Source: Raillietiella orientalis (taxonomy: Eukaryota). From it: a DNA stretch of 64,000 nucleotides. Where the stretch lies: the NCBI GenBank assembly GCA_036172245.1, contig JAYWIR010000001.1, forward strand, positions 7,564,001 to 7,628,000, given 5' to 3'. The number at the start of each line of letters is the position of its first letter. Within the stretch, counting starts at the first letter, position 1. Positions 36,505 through 49,300 of the stretch are shown here, piece by piece. A program made the translations under genes and the position numbers. The notes beneath the pieces are model-generated. The model made no database searches and had not been told where the DNA came from. It was given only the letters and a program-made list of their open reading frames with translations.

Positions 36505-38793
36505 TCAGTTTCTTCGGAATGCTTCAGTATGTCACAGACTGACTGTTAATCAGTTCATAAAAACTGCTTCTCAGAGCACAGGAAAACGAGAATTTTTTAA
36601 TTTCATATTACCTGTTACTTTTAAATCTGGTTTCATTTAATCATCATATTGATTCACTTAGACCCGCAGACTCATGATATAAATACTACATTCGAGCTGA
36701 TTAAATTTGAATCTGTGGAGATGAACTTTTAGAGATTTCGAACTTAGCTTGTATCCATTCAATGTTACTTTCCTAACCACCAACAGAGTCAGTCTAGCTC
36801 CAGTTTAGTAAACGCCAAAGTGCTTGAGTTTTTCATTTCCGATCACAATTGACCGATTCACTTTGTTATGCACCTTTCAATGGAGAATAAACCATTTCGA
36901 AAATTTACTGATTGCATCTACAGTAACAGTGGATGGTTTGATCTACAGAGTCCACTGACACTGGGTTCTGTAGACTAAACCAGTTTACATTACATTTTAT
37001 CATGCATGTATCCTTTTCTCAATAAATATGTTTCGTTTTCGTGCATGGTTCAAAGCCCAAACCAGCAAAAATTTCGTTCTTGGCAACCCTGTCGTATCGA
37101 GAACGTACCGCTACATAGGATGAAGTATGCATGATATGAAAAGAACTAAAGAATAAGGGTGTGTCGAAGCATCCCATCTCCCTAGTGCATTTTATTAGAA
37201 TCAACAAACAGTCCATGCTGCCTTTGAAGTGGCATTTATTTAAGACAGCCCTATTGTGGAAATTAAGACACACCCCAGTTTGCTGTTTGCCACGAATAAA
37301 ATGCTAAAAATCATGAACATAGAAAAAAAAAAAGTTTCCATGTATCTCTACATCTTAGTGTCACTGTATAAACTGTACTGCATATGTGCAAGAAATGTGC
37401 ACATGCTGCGCAACGTTTGTGTGAATGTATTACAAAATAAGATTCTAAGGATTCGTTTCACAATGGATTAGCAGTGTATGCATCAAACTTTCTCATTGTT
37501 GTACATGTGCAATCGCATTTCTGCAACATGCTGTCCAAGATGCAAAATTTATGAAACTCCATTGCAAAATCGTGGTCAGAGAATGATACTGTTACGAACC
37601 CTTAATGGGTGGATGCAGCCCTACGACGCTGATCACCTAGTACAAGAGTCACTCTTACACCTTTCAAGATATAGTTCGTTCCGTAAAACTAAAAGCATCA
37701 CACCTTCCGGAAAACAAAAATAATGCAACAGTGGGTCTGTGGACGATTCAAATAGTTTTTTCTGATGATTTTACTTGTTTTGTTTCTGCCATTCAGTCTT
37801 GGAAAACACAAGTTGGAAACAGGTGAATTACTCATCATAGGCTTTTCAGTGAGTCTTTGTCCAATAAGAGATTCACATTGGAGTAGTATGATGCTTTTCT
37901 CGATAAAAGTGTTTTCACCTATTTCATCCATTACGCTTTTATCCATAGATGTTTTTTTTGTCGTTTGATCATATTGCAGGGATGTGCATTTTTATTTTGT
38001 TGTATTTTTTTTCGAGCGATGAAAGATCATTTGTTTAACGAATTTCATAGTTTTTTACACATTTACTTTGGTGCGTTCATTTTTCCAGTCGGCTCCACAC
38101 TTTCTATGGAAAGCTTTCTTTTCTGTTTCCTTCAGGAAATGTGTCGCAATAGCTGTAATCAGTAAAAAGTTCTCTGGTTTCTCTGGAAGTGTCCGTTCAG
38201 TTCCATGTTCCATCTAATGCACGTTAAGTACGAATTATCTACAAGCGTCACAAAATCTATCATCACCAATTGAAATAAAAGTCACTCGATCGTGTTGGAA
38301 GTGAGCGTCACATCCAGCATCAGAGGATGTTGTGGTTCTGTGGATGCACTGTTTCTGCTTGAATTCATCTTATTCTGAAGGCGGAGTATTTTTATCTTTT
38401 TTCCCTGACTATTCGCAAGTGTTTCGAAGGGAATTGGGTGCTTTCTAAGCTGAATACTGCATTACCTGCTGTAGTTATTATAATTGTTTTTGTTCATTTC
38501 GCTTATTTGGCATACGTGTATGCTTTCCTTTTTTTTTTTTTTTTTTTTTTTTATCATGTGGAAATGGTCAAAGATCGACGTTTAAAAATCGACGGAAATT
38601 TGCAAACTGATAAAAAGAAAAATAAGGCAGCTAATAACGAACAGGACGCGGATGCACATCCATTAGGCCTTTTACGATTCACTGCGTGTCCTTTTCACAG
38701 GGGCGAGTTCCGCGCGTCGGCAAGCCGGCCGCCGAGTTCCGTCGTCGCAGTTTCGATAGCATCAAAATACGAAAGAAGCGACCGTCCTACAAG

Positions 38794-38867
38794 GGCGCCG
38801 TGGCTTAGTTGGTTAAAGCGCCTGTCTAGTAAACAGGAGATCGAGGGTTCGAATCCCTCCGGTGCCT
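38794..38867 (+). tRNA. tRNA-Thr, anticodon AGT
   Basis: Acceptor GGCGCCG/CGGTGCC, D-arm GCTT/AAGC, anticodon arm CCTGT-CTAGTAA-ACAGG, T-arm GAGGG-TTCGAAT-CCCTC; followed by a T-run Pol III terminator. Confidence 0.98.
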
Positions 38868-39389
38868 TTTTGCGGAGGGGTCCCAGCGATGCCGCTCGGA
38901 ACCCGCTTTTTCTGCTGCTTCGCTTTTCCGCCGTCTTCTCTCGGGGGGCTCTTAGCCACAGAGCTTTGATCTGAAGCGTGGTTTTATTTATTTCATTTCA
39001 TTTTAATTTTCACTTTTTTTCCTTGCCACGTTCTGGGAGTGCGTCGTGTTGTGCAACGTGGGGGAAGGAGAGGGGGGGCGGTGAGACGACGGTGTTTGCG
39101 CACTCAAAGTATATATATATACGGCTCTGCATTGTGGATTCTGGAAGGTGATTGCATCTCCGAACGGCGTGCGGCGGCACCGGGGGTGCTGGATTGAGGA
39201 CGAAGAGAGAGGCAGCATTATTTTTTGCGCTCAGAAAGTGTTCGTTGGAAATCACGAACGTGCGTAAAATAGTTGCCGACGTTTCCTGAGGTTGAGCTGA
39301 CTCATTAGAGGGGAATTCCACGCATTCCACGAAACTTACGTTCAGCCGTAACCTTTTAATGTGCTGTTATAGCTTTCTCTCGCTCTTCA

Positions 39390-40400
39390 AAATCACCTTT
39401 GTTTCTCCCTCTGGAAAGTATCCAACAGTCTCCGATGCTCTTAATTGTCTCGCTGTCACTGCTATTCAAAGGGTGAGGTCCTCAAGCGATTCCGACACCG
39501 TTAATTACCACTGCTCCTCCCCGTTACAAACAGCCTCCATCGTAATCTCCGCTGATTGCGTCGGCTGCTGCCTGTCTTCATCTGCGTTTCATAATCAGGT
39601 CGAAGCGCTGACCAGCTTTTATTTACGTGGGTTTTTGTAGTACGAGTCCATCCGAGTGACTCCCGTCGAAGTGACGAAGCGTTCCCCACTCTCTCGAGTT
39701 CTTTTGCTAATTGGACACAGATATCGCAGGAATTTCTTGTTCCTGTCTTTTCATAATTTCCTTTTTCTATTTATCAGTCTGCTTTCTTTCTTGCCCAGCA
39801 GTGTGTGTCTTCTTCCTCTTAGGAAATCGAGGGTTCCCCTGTGCCTACCCCGAAGGCGCCTCGGATCCATTGCTACCACCTACTTAGTGCTGAAGCGCAT
39901 TCTGCGAGCTTGGACTTTCATGTCAATTGGTGATAATAGATTTTGTGGAGCTTGTAGATTATTCGTACGGAACGTGCATTAGATGGAACATGAAACGGAA
40001 TGGACACTTCCAGAGAAACCAGAGAACTCTTTTTTTTTTTTTTTTACTGATTGCAGCATGTTCCGATGAATGGACTTGATGGACGGCAACAAGCGAAGCG
40101 ACCGGGGTCATATCTTGAAATTCCAGAAGAGAGCGACGTTGCCGTTGCACATTCGTGTACGTCGCGGCATGCCTGTAGGCGAGAGTGTTGTTTTCCGGGC
40201 ACTTTTTCTTCCCCACGTTTTCGCGATTCAGCTTTTCTTCAGTTTTCTCCGCGCACGGAGAGAGAAATTCGACGTGTACAACAACAGCATTCCAGTTCAA
40301 ATGATGTACGGGGCACACGCCGATGCCTGTACGTGGATCATCGATGCCTCGGATCAGGTTGCGATGAGCGAGGTCTTTTGAGCGGACCGCGGTCGGCTGT
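39390..40400 (+). pseudogene. Possible degenerate CUB-domain exon fragments
   Basis: SPSGKYP...C, ITTAPPRYK and YGAHADACTWIIDAS resemble the CUB SPxYP/CxWxI motifs; frames are broken. Confidence 0.25.
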
Positions 40401-41199
40401 ACGATTCGTACACGCCACTTTGTCCGTTCGGTATCCATAGTATATCACGATCTGACCCATTGTACGATTCAGTTTCCGTAAGAACGCACAACGGGCGGGG
40501 CTCTCCCCGAGTGCATCTTTCAAAAAACTCTCTGCGACTTCTCGAATCGTGGCAATCACAAATTACGATGCTGGATCGATTTTTCCGTTGCACTACGCCG
40601 CCTTCCGAGGAAGAACGTCGAGAGATGCGCGCCAAGGCAACGGTACCAACCTCCCAGCCAGCTCCTCGGGAGCCGCACTCGATCGTGAAGCTCGCAGTCG
40701 GGAGAGCAACGGGGAAACACGGCAAAAATTCTCAGAGCCGTTTTCCGAAGAAAGCAGCCGTCGGGAAGCAAAGGAGACACGGACTTCAGACACGTGGTCG
40801 GGAGGCGGTTGCCTGCTGGCCTTTTAATGCGCGATGCACAAATGCTGTGTAACTCACTGGGAAGCGGTGCTTTCCACAATTTGAAGCCGCGGCAGGGATC
40901 CATTCTTATCCCAGGGTTTGGCCCGGGTTGCGCCCGCGTCGTCCATCAGGGAGGGAGCACGGGTACGCTATTTGAACGGAGGTTGCTGCTGCCCCTCGCG
41001 CGACCGACCGGTGCAACCAGCTGCAACCAAAGACTCTTTCTCTCGTTCTAGCGTGTCGAAGATCCCCTCGAGCAAGAGGGACCTTTCCCCCCTCTACGAT
41101 ATTTTTTTTCGTCCTTCTGCAACCTGCACTTCTATCGGATTTCAGCAAAGCACTTGTAAGGTTCTCTCTCTCTCTCTCTCTGCCTAAGTAATTTTTCAT

Positions 41200-42100
41200 G
41201 CGTGGGCTCTTCTTCAAAGTGAGCTGCGAGAGGTATATGCCTGAAGTTTGGATGAATGTTCTCATAATGAGAAGATCATTCGAGTTCAAAGTGCACGTGG
41301 ATGCGCACCCAAGAAGAACAAGAAGGCTTTCAACGAACGTTTCCCGACGCTTTTGCATTTCCGGAACGCGGGACGAAACCGACGTCCCTCGCACTCGAGA
41401 TTTCTGTTCCGCGCTGCTTTCGGGTAATCGGAAATTAATTAACATCAATGCAGCGCCCCAAACACAAAGGCAAATGCGATGCAAACGACATTGCATCGCA
41501 ATGCTGAATTTGTAAGATTGGTAGCCAAGTGGCCTGCGCATGAAGGATGCTCAGAAGGTAAATGCGACATTGGTATTCCTCCTTTGTCGAGGATCGCTGA
41601 TGCATCTGCTTTGTCCACTGGCTCGCACAAAGAAGGCAAAAGACAGTCATGGCTCGAAGGATATCCAATCCCACTCCCCCACGCATCTTCACTTGAAATG
41701 CATGCTCGTTCCTCCGCTGAAATTCTTTGGCGACCTTTCGATTGCCACGACGATCCCGTGCTGGAGATGCTTCCAACATCATCTGACTGAACCCATCTCT
41801 CTCGATCTTGCGATCTCAGCGGCAAGCGTTCTCAAGGAGCAGCGCCTGATATGTCTTTGAAACAGTCTCCATTGAGCTGAGAAACGTTTCTGAATATTCC
41901 ATCTCGAAATCTGCTCCGGATCGGATCTTTTGGAGATTCCTCGAGGCACGCAACTTCTCGGATCTCTAACAAACTCTAACATGGCAATTCGATCTCTTGT
42001 TGTATCGATCTTCATCCCTCTGGATCAGTCATCTGAGTCGTGACACCGTCCGGAGGAGTACCTCCGCATTTGAAGTGCAGTCTTCCATTTTATTCTCAAG
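41200..42100 (-). pseudogene. Possible degenerate NACHT/NLR-like fragment (winged-helix to start of LRR)
   Basis: AFTF / EHPSCAGHLA across a frameshift resembles FxHxSxQExLAA; downstream LNSNDLLIMRTFIQ...LSQLTL is LRR-like; no Walker A seen. Confidence 0.25.
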
Positions 42101-42399
42101 GAGCTTTTGTGAGCCCGCGCGACTTATGGCAGTTTATGAGCTATCTCGATTTCAGAAATTCATCGGGAATACAAAATATGTAAGAAAGGAGGGTGGGGGG
42201 GGAAAGAAAATGGAAAATTCCTGGAAAACCGAACACGCCCCTGGGATCATAATATATATATATATATAAAAGAGGAACCGAAAAAACGGAAAGGAGCGAG
42301 GAAAGAAAACACATAAAACAAACAAATGTGCTGCGTTTCCGTTTTATTTTTTAGAAAAAAAACCTAACAAACGCATCATCTGTTTAGCCTGTGGTTACA

Positions 42400-42900
42400 G
42401 ATGACCGACTCTTTCATCGTGATTACAGGGCTGAAAACACGGCGCATTGCTGAGAGTGGAATTTTCCACTCATTTCCAAAAAAACCTTTGCGTTTTCCAC
42501 TGCACGCTCCGCTGCCATATTGGAGAAAAGTTGCCTGAAACTCACATCATATTTCGTGGATCCTTCACCATTGAAAAGATGAAGTGCTACTGTGACTTCA
42601 CACCCGAGTACTGCTAATTTAGGTCCCGAGTACTAACGAGCATCCTGCGTACAACTCTCTGCGTACAATCACGAAGTAGGTGGGAATTGTGCTCTATGCG
42701 ATTCCAAGGATTTTCATTGAGCTCGGTGATTGGGGCAGCTAATTATCTTTGAATATGTTAATTTCGAGGGGAGCCTAGCAAGGATCAGCAACACGCGCCG
42801 AGTGCCAGCAGGAAGAGGAATTTCGTACTTCCATACAACGGACGTAACTCGCAACGGGAAGGTTTTTCACCCGGGTGAGCCGGGGCTTTTATTCTTAAAA
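42400..42900 (+). pseudogene. Degenerate beta/gamma-crystallin (Greek key) domain fragment
   Basis: RWELCSMRFQG and GQLIIFEYVNFEG match the Y/FxxxxF/YxG Greek-key signature, in different frames. Confidence 0.45.
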
Positions 42901-43829
42901 TTTTTCACATTGAAAAAATTCCATAATAAAGTCTTTCTCGTTGAAAGTGTTTTTCTTTTAGATCAGCACAGAAGTTTTGTCTGTCTTGGGGCACTTGTCC
43001 TTACCGACCCGCAGGCCGATAAGGTCCTCCACACTGGCGCAGGGGCGGGAAAAACAAAAATAAAACAAAAAAAAAGAAAAACGCCTGGGGGGGGGGGGGC
43101 AACGGGAAGGTAATGACTACATAAAAGCAGTAACTACATAAGGGATGCAGTTTGGGAACGAATACTCCTGAGTGACCCTTCAAAGTCGTTGCTGTTGGCA
43201 TCTCTGTTTCCTGTTCAAGAAAAGAATCGAAACTCATCAGGTGAGAAAAAAGGTGTGTGCTCTCGCCATCCTCAGCGCCAGAGTTTTTTTTTTGCCAACG
43301 ACCAAACCGAATTTTCAGGAGCTCATTCGGCAGTCGTTCTTCGCGGCGATTCTTTTGCAATTATTTCCTCCGCGGGGCATCTGGATCCGCCCAGAATTCT
43401 TGGTTTCTGCTCAATCAGTCCAATGCCGCTGAGCGCATCGTTTTCTCTTCCAGCACTGTCGTGATGCATGGAGAATCCTCCGGAATTCGGTTCCTCACAG
43501 TTTCTTCGAAGATTTCTTCTTCCGTTGAATTTCGTCAGACAACGTCCTGAAGGAGGTTTTCCGATTGGTTTCCTCTGGAAAACCAGGAAGATCTCTGTTT
43601 TCTTTTCCATTTCAATCTGGTGCTTTTCAGCACTGATCCGACAAGCAGAAATTGATACAGTGTTTCTGCGAGAGTTGTGACATGTCGTGTATCTTACGCA
43701 AATTCAGCAAAATCTTGAACAGACTTTACACTGAAAGGAACTGAGCATTGCTCGAGAAAGTGTTTGCCCCTTGGAGAGGCAAAGTGAAGGCATGAAACAC
43801 GCACGTTTGGAAACGCTTCGGTCTAACAG

Positions 43830-44850
43830 TCAGTCTATGTGGAAGGAAATCGATACCGTCATCGATGATTTTGAAAGCTCATCTCGCGCACCCAGCATGT
43901 TTGAAATGATCGGCCATTCGAGTTGCGTGGATGGAAGGAAGTGGAGGTTTACTCGAAATTCACGGTTCTCTTCCCATCCGGGTCGATAGGTGTGCTGTGT
44001 CAAGTGGAAGTATGAGAAATGTGCTGCTAGGATCCTCTGATCCTTTGCGGTGATGACTTCAGTGTATCCATTAATCATCTTCCGCTCTTACCCTTCACAT
44101 TTTTTCCCTTCAGGTCCATTCTAACTGCGCCACTTCACTACAAGTATCGGAAAAGGCTAAAAAGCCTTAGAGAAAACACCACATCTTTGATAGCCCTGAC
44201 TACCCCGCAGGGTCGTTTCGAAAGCAATACTCTCAAAAGTACGGGTGAAGAATTCGACCGGATTCTTTCGGTGGGAGTTTCTATTCGAAGATTGCAGTTT
44301 GGAAACTGTAGAAACTCCAGCTTCATTCCGTTCCTGAAACAAACTGCTTGTGTCGCATTCCAGAGCAACAAATTCGGTACACCGTCGATAGGTCGTGTGG
44401 AAGAAGCTGAGGATTCAATTTCCAGCCAAGGTTCCTACAGTTGAGATCGTCCCGCAAAGCAGACCGGGCTTTTTGGTGGTAAACAGCGTGACAAATCCGT
44501 ATTGGATTGGATCTTTTCAGTCTATAAATTTCGTTTCTGTCTGAAGAATCCAATCATCGCGTTCTCAACATATTTTTGCACTGCTGCTCTTATGATTGCA
44601 TGCATTTCCTAAACGCCGCAGATTTAATCTGATGGTACCAAAGGACCACTCTTGAAAAAAGGATCCCGAATTCGGGAGTATGAGAGTCGCTTGGGACTCG
44701 GAACTTTAATCAGAGCGATCTTGACGCAGAGATGAGATGCTCGAGACTCGGTCTCATCATTGCTATGGGCAACCGAGTAAGGCATTTCGGGAAGGGGGGT
44801 ACATCGAGGGCGATGGATGTCTGAGGCTGGGATAACCATTTTTTTTTTTT
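43830..44850 (-). pseudogene. Degenerate tandem CUB-domain (cubilin/tolloid-like) gene fragment
   Basis: SYSRIRDPFFKSGPLV (cf. DYLEIRDG...SPL), FVS/RNGMKLEF, CNLRIETPTERI, ITAKDQRILAAHFSYFHL, in correct CUB order but frameshifted. Confidence 0.45.
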
Positions 44851-45339
44851 TTATTCATCTCGCGCTCCAGTTTAGGTTCAGCGAGGAGCGCTGGTAGTGA
44901 TGCTTGTGATTCGGGTTTCAGGTTTCGATCTCATCAAGAGAGAGAGACCTCTTACATGCCGGGAAAAACAGGAGATCAGTGGTCGCCGATGGTTTTCTTT
45001 CTGCCGTTTCCAGAACGCCATTTTCACTTTGTCTTCTTGGACAATTCTCTTTAAAAGGCCAGTAGCGACCCCCACGAGGAGATCGTTACTATTGGCCTAG
45101 GACGATGGAAATCCTTGGGTTCTTATTTTTTCTTCTGTATGCTGTTTTTCTTTCAGCTTTTTTTTTTTTAAGAGTTTTCTTTTTTTTGGTTCGCTAAGTA
45201 CTCAGAGCCGGTCGCGTGCCTCGCGGCGCACGTGGCTCGTTTTAAACATTAAACACACTGTTTTGTTTCCGCGCCCCTCCGCCCGCGGCAACTCGCAATT
45301 CTTCAGTGTAATTCTTCAGGATAGGGGGCACCCCGGGAT

Positions 45340-45900
45340 GGGGTCCGCCCTATGAATCCAGGGAGGGCTCGGAGTTCGTTCCTCTCACGCTTGGGGAGGG
45401 ATCCCCCCGGACGGGGGGGATCGCACCTCCCACCCTGGTTGTCTCCGAAGGGGAACCCCGAAGGGAATCTCCTTCCTCATTCTCTCTTGAGGGACACCTC
45501 CTGGGAGGGGAGTGGTCCTCTCCATTTTTTATTCTCCGAAGGGAACCCGGAAAGGATCCGCTTGTAGGAATTTCTTCTCCGGAGGGGAACCCGCAAGGGA
45601 ACCGCTCCTGTTCATTCCTCTGAAGAGAACCCCAAAGGGATGCTTCCGAAACTCAGAAGGGGCGCTGCAGCTTCCCGTAGGGAATCGCTCTCGCTTGCTT
45701 CCTTGTGCACACTCTGTGAAGAGGCGACGACTCGGAGGGTCCGCTCCTTTGAACCACTGGAGAGGTGCCCGTGAGGGCTCCTGCTCCATCTTGAAACCGG
45801 AGGGGTCCCCCGGTGGGGAGGGGGGGATCCGCTCTCCGTTGCACGACAGGAGGGGGAACTCCCCACTCCTTGATTCCTGGGAGGACCCGAAGGTCGACTC
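45340..45900 (+). repeat. Degenerate minisatellite, ~41-45-bp unit with core ctccgaaggg(g)aaccc.gaaggga
   Basis: Core copies at 45443, 45534, 45577 and 45618, with weaker copies on either side. Confidence 0.7.
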
Positions 45901-46799
45901 CCATTGTTCCGGCCTTCATCGGGGGCCTCCGGCTTAATCCACCGCCGGCGCCACGCCCGAATGTCTCGGCCAACCAGCGCCGTTGCAGGAGAAACTCGGA
46001 ACCCAAACGACGCAATGGCGTCAGAGTTTCTGCCGAAGTGTTCGAACCCGCGACGCATGATGCCACGCGCGGAAACCCAACCACAAGGCTTCCGACGCGG
46101 GCAATTCTCTGTTGTCCTGCTCTGCTCCGCGACCCCGACCTTGGCAAATAGTTTCCCAGTTTCCACTCATCAGCTGGACGTGCATCTCTCCAGTTCCGCT
46201 AACGAGGTGGCGCCAGCAAGTGGCTGATTTTTCCCGTTCTACTAGCCAGAACTTCCACCGCACATCACGCCGCCACAGTCTGGTCTGAGGAAAACCCAGC
46301 TGCCGATTGGCGTCTTTGGTCTCTCCTCGTCACCCTGGGACACGACGTCGCACTGGGACTCGACGGTCTCGTCTCAGCCCTCCCCTTTTCGCAGGCATGA
46401 CGACGGATGCTGCGGGAGCTGGGTGCATCCACGTTCCTCTTCTCGTGAACGGCTGTGAATCGCGTTTTACGGCCAATCTCACGTCGAAGAGGTGAAATGG
46501 CGTGCAGCCTTTCGCATCGCTGCGCTCCTCACGAACACCTCCCTGTTCTGGCGATCCGGGAGCGGCGCATCCGGTAATATCTCGGCGGCTCCGTAGGAGG
46601 TGAGGCAGTTCTTCCAGGGTCGCGGAGGCTGCCGCAGCGATTAAAATAGAATGCGGAATGCATTGGAAACGCCTTTTCAATCTACTCGACATGCAGGACA
46701 ATTGTATGCCGCTGCTAAGACACCTTGGTTAGAAGATTCGATAGTAGGCGAGAAGTGAAATGTTCTCCACAGTGAAATAAACACACGTGTAAGGGGTAG

Positions 46800-49300
46800 C
46801 CAATACACTGGCTACACTGAACACCCGACGTACAGGTCGGCAGCGAAGGAAGCTTGCAGAGTGGAGCAGAGAAAAGGGAAAGCAAAAGCAACACACACGA
46901 ACAAATCAGTGAAAGTAAAATAAAGATCAGGGATCCCCGGGGGAAAACGATTTCTGCTCCGGGGATAAGGCAAGAGTGGGTGGTGATGGAAAGCCGGATG
47001 GTTGGCCAGCGTCTTCTCAGCCAGCCAGAGATTCCCAGGAGGCTTCGTACTCTTTCTCACTCTCGATCGGAGGCGAGGAGTCGTGTTGTTGCCTTCCCTC
47101 CCCGTCATGGTGGCGGGCCCAATACAAAGTACTGGGTCCGCCACCGGTGCTGTCGCTGCATAGATGAAGCGGGACAACCGGCAGTCAAAAGTCTGCAGCA
47201 GTGAGCAACCGCCACAGGAGCTTCCGAGGGCAGTCCGGCTGCAAGAGGGAGCCGCGCTATTGTCGGAGAAGGGCTGGTCCGTGATAGGCATTCCAGAATA
47301 GGGGTGCTCCTTGTTGGGCGAGGGTTTTTCGGATTCTCGTAGTGGAATCGAACTCTTAGCCCTCTGCTCGGCTCAGAGGGCGTTGGCTGTTGGGTCAAGA
47401 GTGCTTGCTCGAGTCTCAGCTTTTGCACGAGGCTAGAGGCTCGATGATGGTGATCTTCTGTCAACTCCATCACGTGCAGGTTCGCGGTCGTTCGTTCAGA
47501 GGATGGTCCATCAAGTATCCGATAGATTTCCTGACTGTTTTGGCTCGTAGGCGCCATCATTCTCGCTGAGCCGGCCCGCGCACGCTTTTGGGGGGGGGGG
47601 GGACTTGCAATTCTTGCAGAGCACCGTTCTTAGGCTTGCGGACGCTGGAGACACAAACATGCGCGGGAGCAGAAGGGACGTTCACAGATGGAGGACTGCA
47701 GGTTGCCGTTGGCAACATTGCTTGGGGAGGAAGTTTGTGTCGAGGGTCGTCTATCCTAATCGCAGGCAAGCGTGCCGCGTTCCCTGACTGAAAGTCGCGG
47801 GAGAAAGAACTGCACTGTGCTTCGGATTGCGTGGAAACCCGAGTCACTTCCTCGCCTCGGGGGAAGAACTCCCGGATTTTCCCGCGATGTTCGGCCCAGC
47901 TCCCCTCCCCATTCACCCTTCCCTTCGGTCTTAGGGAATCGCACATCGCAAACAGGGATCACAGCTGCGGAAGACGTCAAGTTTGAGGATGAGGCGTCTC
48001 CTCGCGTGTTGAATCCCTGCTTGTCGCACATGCATCCAGGGACGCAGCGCGCACCGCTCCAGATGGGAAGTGGTTTCCCGAAATGGGGACATTCATGGAG
48101 TGGACTCATCCTGCCTCTAGATCTGGTGCTGCGCAAGAGGAAGAGAGATGAAGAGGTCATCCTAGACGCTACCTGTTCCTTCTGGAGCACCTCTGACGAG
48201 TTCAGAAAGTGCTCGAAGAAAGAAGGAGCGGAAGGAGAACGGATGCAAAGACCTCGCAGTCTCCATGGAGACGATGGATGTGACCCTCCGAGCCCTGATG
48301 GTTGTCTCTCGAGGGAGAGGTCTCGGGATCCCTCCAACGAAGAGAAAGGGAATGAGGGAACCGGAGATCCTGGGAATGCACCTCGACAAAATGAGACTTA
48401 GCCTGCAGCATCCGACGTGGCCGCGACGCACTCGGAATGGGACACCTGTCTGATGAAAGAATCGTTCGGAACGTCCAAGAGCAAGTACCAACCGATGCAG
48501 ACATGGGTGGAGGATTTTCGGGAGCGTGACCTTCGTGACCTCGCGCGCATAAAGCAAGGTGGGTAGATGGGACATGGAAATGAAGATGCTGGAGATCGCA
48601 AAGTGTTCATGCCTCCGTTCGCTCCATAGACGGATCTGGTTCGCTTGTGTTCTTGGAATAGGTCGGCTCTTGTGGTTATTGTAGTTCTTGAGATCCTGGG
48701 GTCCCAGAGACCCCCGGAGGATAATCACGTGTGCCCGACTCCTGACAACAGAAGAAAGGGAAAGCTTGAACTCCTCCCGCGAAAGAGGAGCTCTCTTTCC
48801 TTCCAAGCACACCCACTTGAATGCTGCTGCCAAGCTTTCGAACGGACAGTGCTCCTGGAGTAGGTTTCCTCTTTTCAGGATGTGGTCAGGTAGCAAAGAC
48901 AGCTCCACATACCGGGTCTCCCGTGGTTGCTAGCCAGACTCCCACGTTGCCCGCGCGCGCAGCCTACTTCGTGTAGTCAGTCAAGCCTCCACGCCTCCTG
49001 GAAAAGAGAATCAGGTGCCATTCTTAGTGGATTCAAGGAGTGCATCAGCGTTTTGTCCCATTTCAGGCACCGGCGACAACATCGATCCCCCATCTGCTTC
49101 CTGTCTGGCTCTCGGATGGGCAGTAGGTTGTGGCGTGTCTGCGGTCCGCGAAGCGCAGAGATTCCCTGATGTTAGGAAAAATGGCTGAACGCCATCAGCA
49201 GCCCTATCGCATGGACGGCCATCGCAACGAGGGCGGGCAAACACTGGGGGACGAAGGAAGAAGAAGAGTCTGCCATATACGGAAATGTTAATCTATCGGG
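46800..49300 (-). mobile_element. Heavily decayed Ty3/Gypsy-type LTR retrotransposon pol relic
   Basis: In order on the minus strand: protease-like DGRPC...FLTSG, VTKVTLPKILHPC, DRCPIP, SPWRL...SAPSFF, V*DDLFIS (YxDD). LTRs not identified. Confidence 0.55.

Noticed and set aside
34300-38450. Minus-strand coding-like fragments downstream of SENP
   Set aside because: Multiple stops and no identifiable family, so no call is supportable.
45340-45900. CRISPR-like repeat-spacer array
   Set aside because: Repeats are degenerate, spacing is irregular, context is eukaryotic and there are no cas genes.
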